Shown: piece by piece, positions 25,455-32,000 of the stretch
Layout of the letters: each line of letters starts with the position of its first letter
Numbering within the stretch: the first letter of the stretch is position 1
Source of the DNA: Halogeometricum borinquense DSM 11551
GTDB taxonomy: Archaea > Halobacteriota > Halobacteria > Halobacteriales > Haloferacaceae
Assembly: GCF_000172995.2 (NCBI RefSeq)
Contig: NC_014729.1
Coordinates: 780,001-812,000, forward strand
Length of the DNA: 32,000 bases
Direction of reading: 5' to 3'
Program-made: the position numbers and the translations under genes
The notes under the pieces: model-generated
Databases searched by the model: none
Told to the model about the DNA's origin: nothing
The model's input: the letters and a program-made list of their open reading frames with translations, nothing else

Positions 25455-27806
25455 CTAGGTGTTCTGTGTATCCGGTTCAGCGGACGTGTTCGCATCTGCT
25501 GCATCGGGTTTTGTTTCACAGCCTGTGCTAGCCGAATCGTCCACATCTGCGGCAGCGGTGCCGGAATCGACAGCGAACGCGGTGTTCGGTGACTCGCCAC
25601 GGAGTAACTGCCCTGCGAAACTATTGACGAGGACGGCCGACACGGAGAGTATCATCGCAATCATCGCAAACACCGGGTGGACGAGACCTGTCGTCGCGGC
25701 GGTGACGCCGATGCCGTTGAACGAGAACGCGGCGAGGAGATTCTGCGTCGTCTTCCGGTAACTACTCTCGGCAATCTCGTAGGCGTCCATCACACCGCCG
25801 AGTCGGTCGCCCATCAATATGATGTCCGCCGACTCGATGGCGATGTCTGTCCCAGCGCCGACGGCGATACCGATGTCGGCCTGTGTTAGCGCAGGTGCAT
25901 CGTTGATGCCGTCTCCGACCATTGCGACTCGTTCCCCACCGTCCTGTAATCGTCGTATCTCCGCGCGCTTGTCATCCGGAAGTACGTCGGCCATCACTCG
26001 GTCGATACCGACCGTCGCTGCAACGGCGTTGGCAGTCCGCTCGTTGTCGCCGGTACTCATGACGGGGGTGATGCCGGCCGCTCGCATTCGTTCGACGGTC
26101 GAATCGGCATCGTTCTTTACCGGGTCACCGATAGCGACGAGGCCGATGACCGATTCGTCGTCAGCGACGCAGACGACTGTCTCGCCGCGCTCTTGAAGTC
26201 TGTCGATATCGCCCCGGGCGACCATCAGATCGACTCCTTCCTCAGTGAGCCATCCGGGCTTTCCGACAAGCGTCTGCTCGCCCTCGACCGTCGCGCGAAC
26301 GCCCTTGCCAGTCACGCTGTCGAACGTCTCCGGGTCGGAGAACTCGATGCTCCGCTCGTTGGCGTACTCCCGAATCGCATCCGCGAGTGGGTGTTCGCTG
26401 AACACCTCTGCGCTGGCCGCCCGCCGAATCACGCTGTGTTCGTCACCACGAAGTGCGACGACCGCTTCGACGGCGGGTTCTCCGGTGGTCATGGTGCCAG
26501 TCTTGTCGAGAACGATGGTGTCCACGTCTTGGAATATCTGGAAGGCATCGCCACTCCGCAGCAGAATCCCTCGGTTCGCGGCGAGTCCGCCGCCGCGGAT
26601 GAGCGCAAGCGGCGTCGCCATCCCGAGCGCACACGGGTATCCAAGGACGAGGACTGCCAGCGCCGCGAACGCGCCGCGTTTGACGTTTGGCTCAGACCCG
26701 AGCGGCCCGCCTGTCCAGAGGACAGGGACGAGTACCCAGAACAGGAAAGACGCGGCGGCGACAGCGAGTACACTCGGAACGAAGTATTTCAGTACGCGGT
26801 CTGCTAACTGGACGACGCCGGGTTTCATCGTCCGTGCTTTCTCGATCTGCCGTGCGACTTGGTTCAAAAACGCGTCGTCGCCAGTGGTTGTTACTTCCAC
26901 GAGGAGCGTTCCGGTCTCGTTGATACTGCCACCAACTACCTCATCGCCCGGTATCTTATCTCCGGGCACAGACTCGCCTGTTACGACACTCTCGTCTACA
27001 GTGGTTTCCCCTGCAATGACGATGCCGTCAACGGGGATGCGCTCTCCGGGGTTGACGCGTACGTGATCGTCCGTCTCTAGTTCGCTTATCTCGACTTCTT
27101 CGACCGTGCCGTCGCGGACGCGCCGGGCGGTATCGGGCTGAAGGTCGAGAAGGCCACGGACAGCCTGTGACGACCGTGATCGAACGATGAGACTGGTGTA
27201 CTCTGAGAGGATGTGGTACGTCGTAATGAACACCGAGACCGCGAAAAAGTGGACTGTCGGGAACGAAGGGAAGACGAACAAGCCGAGAAATCCTCCTACC
27301 AACCCTGCGAACGCGCCGGCTTCGAGGAGAACGTGCTGGTTGAAAATACGTCGCCGGAGACTGTTGTACGCCTTCACACCGATGTACCGTCCGGGACCAA
27401 ACATCGTCCCCAATGCGAGACCCAGCGTCACGAGGTCCATCCAGCGCGCTTCCGACTCGAAGGTTCCCCGGACGAAGATCATAAACAGCATTAGTCCGGC
27501 CGTCACGAGCGCCGCCGCGCCTGCGAGCGTTACCCGCCGGGTGGCCCGCTTGACTTCCTGCTGTTGTTCTTCGAACTGCGTCTGTTTGTCCGGGTCGCGG
27601 ATCGTGTAGCCGAGATCGCGGAGTGTATCCTTGAGTTCGACTTCGCTGAGTGCGGCACTGTCGTACTGGATTCGAATCTCCTCGTGAGCGAGACTCACGT
27701 TCACTTCCTCGACGCCCTCTGTTCGTTCGTACGCCTTGCGGATGCTTTCGACACAGAACGAACACGACATCCCCCCGATGTCGTACTGAGCGCTCGCGGT
27801 ACTCAT
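25455..27806 (-). CDS. heavy-metal-translocating P1B-type ATPase (CopA-like) with one N-terminal HMA domain
   Basis: The true start is ATG 27806 (MSTASAQYDIGGMSCSFCVESIRKAYE). Motifs are TGES, DKTGTMT, SEHPLA, MSTGDN and GDGINDAPAL. The 195-codon N-terminal extension of the track ORF (to 28391) overlaps the opposite-strand regulator gene and is spurious. Confidence 0.9.
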   Translation of the reverse strand: MSTASAQYDIGGMSCSFCVESIRKAYERTEGVEEVNVSLAHEEIRIQYDSAALSEVELKDTLRDLGYTIRDPDKQTQFEEQQQEVKRATRRVTLAGAAALVTAGLMLFMIFVRGTFESEARWMDLVTLGLALGTMFGPGRYIGVKAYNSLRRRIFNQHVLLEAGAFAGLVGGFLGLFVFPSFPTVHFFAVSVFITTYHILSEYTSLIVRSRSSQAVRGLLDLQPDTARRVRDGTVEEVEISELETDDHVRVNPGERIPVDGIVIAGETTVDESVVTGESVPGDKIPGDEVVGGSINETGTLLVEVTTTGDDAFLNQVARQIEKARTMKPGVVQLADRVLKYFVPSVLAVAAASFLFWVLVPVLWTGGPLGSEPNVKRGAFAALAVLVLGYPCALGMATPLALIRGGGLAANRGILLRSGDAFQIFQDVDTIVLDKTGTMTTGEPAVEAVVALRGDEHSVIRRAASAEVFSEHPLADAIREYANERSIEFSDPETFDSVTGKGVRATVEGEQTLVGKPGWLTEEGVDLMVARGDIDRLQERGETVVCVADDESVIGLVAIGDPVKNDADSTVERMRAAGITPVMSTGDNERTANAVAATVGIDRVMADVLPDDKRAEIRRLQDGGERVAMVGDGINDAPALTQADIGIAVGAGTDIAIESADIILMGDRLGGVMDAYEIAESSYRKTTQNLLAAFSFNGIGVTAATTGLVHPVFAMIAMILSVSAVLVNSFAGQLLRGESPNTAFAVDSGTAAADVDDSASTGCETKPDAADANTSAEPDTQNT

Positions 27807-27932
27807 CGTGCTAGATACTTGGTGTTGAGCGGAGAAAGGTATTATGACGAATATTGTATCGGTTAGAGATTTATGAGAGTGGTTGAACGAACTTACAACA
27901 ATCTTAGGACGTTCTGTCCCGTATTGGGATGC

Positions 27933-28487
27933 ATGTCTCTTCTCGAAACCGAGGTGCCGGTGCGGAACGTCGTCACGACTGATCCGGAGAAAGCCAAAGC
28001 GCTGGATAACGACGTACGCGTGAAGATTCTCGACATGCTGGCCGACCAAGAGATGACCATCGGCGAGATTCACGAGGAACTGGCACGGCGCGGTGAGAAA
28101 AAGGTCGAAACCACCGTTCGACACCACGTCAACATCCTGAAAGACGCTGGTCTCGTGGAAATCGCCCGACTCGAAGACGCCAGCGGTGGCACGCTCAAGT
28201 ACTACAAATCCAACACGCGCGTGTTCGCGTACGACCTTCCCGACGGGAGCGATGATGAACTCAATGAAGTACAAGAAACGGCACGGGAGGAGATCACTGC
28301 TCTCGTCGAACAGTTGTTCCGTGACCATGACGAGGTTATCGAGACTGTTGCACGGGAGATGCAACCGTGCGAGTACTGCGAGACACAGCACTACGAGGAG
28401 TTTATCGTCCGCGAGTTAGTCAACCGAGCGCTGACCGACGTGAGCGAGGACGGGAGGTTTGAAACGATAGCTAAACACAGTCAATAA
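27933..28487 (+). CDS. ArsR-family winged-helix metalloregulator with C-terminal Cys/His motif
   Basis: The sequence contains DNDVRVKILDMLADQEMTIGEIHEELARRG...TVRHHVNILKDAGLVE, and the C-terminal part carries CEYCETQH. It is divergent from the ATPase gene. The start is taken at MSLLETEVPV (27933); ATG 27873 is also possible. Confidence 0.8.
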   Translation: MSLLETEVPVRNVVTTDPEKAKALDNDVRVKILDMLADQEMTIGEIHEELARRGEKKVETTVRHHVNILKDAGLVEIARLEDASGGTLKYYKSNTRVFAYDLPDGSDDELNEVQETAREEITALVEQLFRDHDEVIETVAREMQPCEYCETQHYEEFIVRELVNRALTDVSEDGRFETIAKHSQ

Positions 28488-28591
28488 AGTTCAGTAAAGA
28501 TATATGTGGTTGGTAGATCCAATCAATTTGATAAATTGGTCGATAACGAGACGGCACCGATTTGTGGTGATTGACGTGACAGCTCTCTGCA

Positions 28592-30751
28592 TTAACCCTG
28601 TTGCAACTCCCGCTCTAAGATCTGATCAATTTTCGTGATTACTGGATCCGGATTGTTCCCCTCCTCCCGGGCGATTTCTCGAAGCTCATCGAACGCTCTA
28701 GCAAGTGAATCGACTGTCTCGTTACTCAAGTCACGGGGATCAAGTACTGGAACGCTTTGGAGTTCGTTTGGTTCTATCTTGTCCATACCCGTGCTATAAG
28801 TCCGCCCACTCCGACGAACAACATCATCTGCGAACCCACTGTTTAGGTACGCTAAGAGTGACTTCATCTCATCTGTATCCAGATCAACGTTTAGATAGAT
28901 ACTGTGCAGATTGTTCAAATTTCTAGATTCTGTCTCATTGAGAATAAATCGACACCCGCCCCGAGACATATATGTGACAAGGATTGGTGCTGGATCGCGT
29001 CGGTCCACTACATACCACGGATCGCGGTTGCGCGCGAGATAGCTATCGTGTGCTTCCACATTCTTGCTCATCCCATATTTAAGATAATCAACAATATTTG
29101 GGTATTCACGATTTCCGTTTTCCGTCTCACCTTGGACATAATCGCTGAGCCGAGCGTTACCTTTCGTCTCTCGTTGCTTCTGGTAGGTAGATAAGTTGCA
29201 ACTTACCTTTTCAAGATGGTACAAGAGCCAAATTTCGTCACCCTTGCTACGCTGTTTTTCCCAGTCTTCCTTACGGTAGTCATATGTGGGGACACTTCGA
29301 GAATTCCGCACTAACGGTGACAGATATTTCTTTTCAATACCCCACTCGTCTACTTCCTGTTGTGATAGACAGAAGAATGAGTTTGCACCAGTCGCAATTC
29401 CTCGGTTCACAGTTGCAAGCTCCTCCAGCGGAGTCAGTTGACTCGTGTCGAGATCAATCGGGTCGAAGAACGTAGTCCACTTGTCTTCGGGCTCTAATTC
29501 CGCTTGCCGGACAACGTTCACGAACCCCCAATCGGTCTCACCTTCAACACCGTTCGTAATCGCCTCCAATAGCACGTCTTTACCGGGGTAATCATCAACC
29601 CTGATAAACCGTATGAAATCATTTTTGACGCCACCATCAGGCATCTCAAGGAAGCTTACGAGGCTGGTTGTCATTGCCTCAGAGAACACAGAGTCCTCGT
29701 CGCGGTCAAACAGAACCAATGCGTTGAGGTTGAATTCATTTGTAAGGTACTGCTTTAGCGACTCGCCGTAGTTGGTTTCGAGAAACTCTGAAGGGGTAAT
29801 GTAGGACGCGCGCCCTCCTGGGGAGAGGAACTTCTCTGCGTGGAAGTAGAAGTATGCATACATCGGCGACAATGCACTTACATCACAGCCGAGTTCCTGT
29901 TCTATCTGTGTATTAACCCTTGTTTTATATTCCTCAGAAAGCTCGTGGTGTCGGGAATACGGAGGGTTGCTGATAACGGCATCAACCTCCGCATCTATGT
30001 CTTCTGGAGACAGTTCGAGAAAATCACCGGTTTGGAGATTATGTGGTCCACCGTGATCCAGCAAGCGGAGCGTCGTCGCACCCATCACTAGCGCGAGTTC
30101 ATTCAGATCGATGCCATGCATCGTAGCCAGCGATGCATCCGATGAGAGCTTGAGTTTGCGTTTATACGCAGGTGCAGACAGCGCCCCTGCACCCACCCCT
30201 GGATCGAGAACCGTATCAGTACTCTCCTGAACACACCAAGTCGCCATAATATCCGCTATCTCGGGTGGTGTTCGGAATTGGCCGAGTTTCCGCCGCGATT
30301 CTTGAGGAGTGATTTGCTCAAACAGTTTCCCAATTGTTTCTGCCGGATTATCCGAATTCAGTAGATACTGTCGTGCATCAAGAACGCTGGAAAGATCCTC
30401 TGCTGATGTGATCCACGCAAGTTCATCAAGCAAATACTCGGTGAATGCGATGTCTCCTGTCGACTCCCTAGCGGTCTGAAATGCCTCGCGTGCGTCTGAC
30501 GCATCAAGTTCGTTGAAGCTAGTGTTGGGCGTATTTTTTTGGTAGTGCTCGTAGAGTGTAGATTTCAGCAGTAAGTTTAGCGATGCCTGCCGTGCCAAAA
30601 CCTTGAGGGGCTCGTCCAGCCGAGTAAGACCATGGAGATCTACCCAAGAATCAATGTCATTCTGAAGCCGCGGTGGGGCATCAGTGATTGCAGTGTAGAT
30701 CTGCTCTCCTGTATCTTCAATGGCAGATAGCAGGGTTACAGCTTTATTCAT
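28592..30751 (-). CDS. gamma-class N6-adenine DNA methyltransferase (Eco57I/TaqI-like N6_Mtase with TaqI_C-type target-recognition domain)
   Basis: Motif X is GQFRTPPEIADIM, motif I VLDPGVGAGAL and motif IV VISNPPYSRH. The C-terminal TRD has ATVNRGIATGANSFF. The gene is 719 aa and low-GC. Confidence 0.88.
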   Translation of the reverse strand: MNKAVTLLSAIEDTGEQIYTAITDAPPRLQNDIDSWVDLHGLTRLDEPLKVLARQASLNLLLKSTLYEHYQKNTPNTSFNELDASDAREAFQTARESTGDIAFTEYLLDELAWITSAEDLSSVLDARQYLLNSDNPAETIGKLFEQITPQESRRKLGQFRTPPEIADIMATWCVQESTDTVLDPGVGAGALSAPAYKRKLKLSSDASLATMHGIDLNELALVMGATTLRLLDHGGPHNLQTGDFLELSPEDIDAEVDAVISNPPYSRHHELSEEYKTRVNTQIEQELGCDVSALSPMYAYFYFHAEKFLSPGGRASYITPSEFLETNYGESLKQYLTNEFNLNALVLFDRDEDSVFSEAMTTSLVSFLEMPDGGVKNDFIRFIRVDDYPGKDVLLEAITNGVEGETDWGFVNVVRQAELEPEDKWTTFFDPIDLDTSQLTPLEELATVNRGIATGANSFFCLSQQEVDEWGIEKKYLSPLVRNSRSVPTYDYRKEDWEKQRSKGDEIWLLYHLEKVSCNLSTYQKQRETKGNARLSDYVQGETENGNREYPNIVDYLKYGMSKNVEAHDSYLARNRDPWYVVDRRDPAPILVTYMSRGGCRFILNETESRNLNNLHSIYLNVDLDTDEMKSLLAYLNSGFADDVVRRSGRTYSTGMDKIEPNELQSVPVLDPRDLSNETVDSLARAFDELREIAREEGNNPDPVITKIDQILERELQQG

Positions 30752-30912
30752 TCGTTCTCTGTGTCCGTTGGCCCGTTTTCGTAGATATCGAGAATGCGGT
30801 TGATGAGGTCATCGAAACTTTCGCCCATATTCCCGTGGCTTTGGAGTCGGTCGTAGGTAGACTCGTAAACTTTGATTGATTTGTATTTCTCTCGCTCGTC
30901 GTCGCTACCCAT
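30748..30912 (-). CDS. 54-aa acidic antitoxin-fold protein (VapB/UPF0165-like), candidate R-M controller
   Basis: The protein reads MGSDDEREKYKSIKVYESTYDRLQSHGNMGESFDDLINRILDIYENGPTDTENE. The pattern K-x-I-x-V-x-E-x-x-Y-x-x-L...GESF-x-D-x-I matches the archaeal putative-antitoxin family as I recall it. Its stop overlaps the methyltransferase ATG (ATGA). The track ORF begins at a TTG (30933). Confidence 0.6.
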   Translation of the reverse strand: MGSDDEREKYKSIKVYESTYDRLQSHGNMGESFDDLINRILDIYENGPTDTENE

Positions 30913-30948
30913 GTTGTCGGGATACTCTCCCAACCGCCCTTGAACTTT

Positions 30949-31051
30949 GGTAGTTCTACCACATACATATAATAAGACGTATGAATTCCACTAGTTCTAC
31001 TATGTAGAAATAGATGTCGGCCTGCAACCCACTAGTAGAATTATTCTACTA
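30949..31051. promoter_or_regulatory. three palindromes sharing GTAGAA/TTCTAC half-sites in the divergent R-M control region
   Basis: The three are GGTAG-tt-CTACC (30949-30960), TTCTAC-tat-GTAGAA (30995-31009) and TAGTAGAAT-t-ATTCTACTA (31033-31051, 19-bp perfect). The direct repeat CCACTAGT precedes and runs into the latter two (30988-30995 and 31029-31036). Confidence 0.55.
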
Positions 31052-31073
31052 AGTATATTAATTACACGGTATG

Positions 31074-31082
31074 TATATAATA
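31074..31082 (+). promoter_or_regulatory. TATA box TATATAATA for the endonuclease gene
   Basis: AT-rich TATA-like element centred about 26 bp upstream of the GTG at 31104. This is consistent with a leaderless transcript. Confidence 0.45.
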
Positions 31083-31103
31083 CAACAATCTCACGCCTAG
31101 CCT

Positions 31104-32000
31104 GTGCTAACTGATCCAAGCAAGATAGATCAGGTTGCAGAACAAAGTCAGCAGATAGAGGAGGATATCTTCCTGAGCCATATCGGTGAGTTCTATGATC
31201 AGAAAATGAATATCGCCATGGATCTCTATGATGCGGCAGCAGAACATACCAACAACTTCCGAGATATTGAAAAGGAAGATATTCGAGAAGATCCCCGTAT
31301 TGTTCGTATTCTTCGGTATCTAGTGAAGCCGAAAATTAGTCAGATGAAGTTCGGACAGTTCGCCGGAGTTAATTCAACAAACAATTACGAAGAATACACG
31401 CTAGCCGAAGCGAGTACACCAAATCACCAGATTGCACAAGATCTTGCAGATTTCACCGCAGCGAACCTTGATCCAGAGAAGGTACCATGGCTCTCTGACC
31501 CCACTATTGACGAAGAAGAGGAAATTGAATACTCACGCCGGTGGATTTGCGATAAGATTGCAGAACAAGAGGCAACAACCCACTATCGAAACTGGCGGAA
31601 GGATAAACAAGAACAGACGGTAGCAGAAATGCTTGACGACGCAGGCTACACTGATTCTGGTTATTCTGGTAAGATTTCTTCGACTAACGATATTCCTGTA
31701 GGGACCTATGCGGAAGAATCGAAGGTTGCAGGTGCCGATGTTCAGAAAGCCGATTTCATTGTGCGACCGACGGAAGATACGGTTATTTTCATTGAGGCGA
31801 AGGCGATCGGTGTTCGGGTTGATTCGCACAAACGGGTGAAGGAAATTCGGAACAAAGCCTCAGACTGGAAAGACGAATTCGAGGGGGCAGAAACTGTGGC
31901 GGTGATCGAAGGGTGGACAACCGGAGATAAAGTACGAACCATGATGGATGACGATATCGCCGTGTATTGGGAACACAGACTTGAAGAGGATTTCCGTGAA
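31104..32000 (+). CDS. XamI-family PD-(D/E)xK type II restriction endonuclease; 3' end cut by window edge
   Basis: Not in the ORF track because it runs off the edge. Hand translation (in-frame stop at 31098-31100) gives (M)LTDPSKIDQVAEQ...PRIVRILRYLVKPKISQMKFGQFAGV...RRWICDKIAEQEATTHYRNWRKDKQEQTVAEMLDDAGY...KADFIVRPTEDTVIFIEAKAIG...DIAVYWEHRLEEDFRE. These blocks and the D...E-A-K catalytic motif match my recollection of the RE_XamI family. The start is GTG 31104 or ATG 31206. Confidence 0.7.
   Translation, partial: MLTDPSKIDQVAEQSQQIEEDIFLSHIGEFYDQKMNIAMDLYDAAAEHTNNFRDIEKEDIREDPRIVRILRYLVKPKISQMKFGQFAGVNSTNNYEEYTLAEASTPNHQIAQDLADFTAANLDPEKVPWLSDPTIDEEEEIEYSRRWICDKIAEQEATTHYRNWRKDKQEQTVAEMLDDAGYTDSGYSGKISSTNDIPVGTYAEESKVAGADVQKADFIVRPTEDTVIFIEAKAIGVRVDSHKRVKEIRNKASDWKDEFEGAETVAVIEGWTTGDKVRTMMDDDIAVYWEHRLEEDFRE

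Noticed and set aside
27807-28391. 195-codon N-terminal extension of the ATPase ORF (track ORF 25455..28391)
   Set aside because: It overlaps the well-supported opposite-strand ArsR gene. The recognisable ATPase begins with the HMA domain at ATG 27806, and the extension has no homology features.
30459-30464. GTCGAC (SalI/XamI site) inside the methyltransferase gene, considered as a clue to specificity
   Set aside because: A single site carries no information, and GTCGAC is also common in the high-GC core. Specificity cannot be inferred from sequence here.
30744-30968. 74-aa minus-strand ORF overlapping the small antitoxin-like ORF in another frame
   Set aside because: Its sequence shows no recognisable protein motif or family pattern. 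The alternative frame gives an acidic protein with a recognisable family pattern and an ATGA coupling to the methyltransferase.
31533-31942. Two minus-strand ORFs (98 and 66 aa) inside the endonuclease gene
   Set aside because: They lie opposite an uninterrupted 299-codon plus-strand frame carrying the PD-(D/E)xK motif, and their sequences are Arg/Ile-rich junk.

Overview
This is a high-GC haloarchaeal chromosomal segment. Predicted proteins are strongly acidic, a Tat-signal halolysin and class III (pilin-type) signal peptides are present, and the gene order and sequences resemble Haloferacaceae as I recall them; no database search was possible. From about 1 to 24,600 it is ordinary core chromosome. 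That part holds a glycine-cleavage operon (gcvT-gcvH-gcvPA), three tiny membrane ORFs, a sensor histidine kinase next to an HTH regulator, an EamA transporter and HflX. It also holds a stand-alone aEF-1alpha copy, a halolysin-like S8 protease, NYN and TatD-family proteins, two large pilin-like surface proteins, HMG-CoA synthase, an XRE-type regulator, three GNAT acetyltransferases and a PNPOx-family protein. From about 24,700 to 28,500 there is a metal-efflux module. It comprises an HMA chaperone ORF fused in frame to a 5'-truncated TnpB (IS200/IS605-type) remnant, a P1B-type ATPase with non-canonical transmembrane metal-site residues, and an ArsR-type regulator. From about 28,500 to the window end the GC content drops sharply. 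This low-GC island carries a divergent restriction-modification cassette: a 719-aa gamma-class N6-adenine methyltransferase, translationally coupled to a tiny antitoxin-fold (VapB/UPF0165-like) protein, facing an XamI-family PD-(D/E)xK endonuclease that runs off the window. The control region between them holds three palindromes sharing a GTAGAA/TTCTAC half-site. I found no tRNA, rRNA or CRISPR array and no clearly novel multi-gene system. The most interesting items are the R-M control module, the HMA-TnpB chimera, the atypical ATPase, and several strong palindrome or hairpin clusters in intergenic regions. The supplied ORF track omits ORFs that run off the window edges, so both edge genes were translated by hand. 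All family assignments come from motif recognition and need confirming by search.
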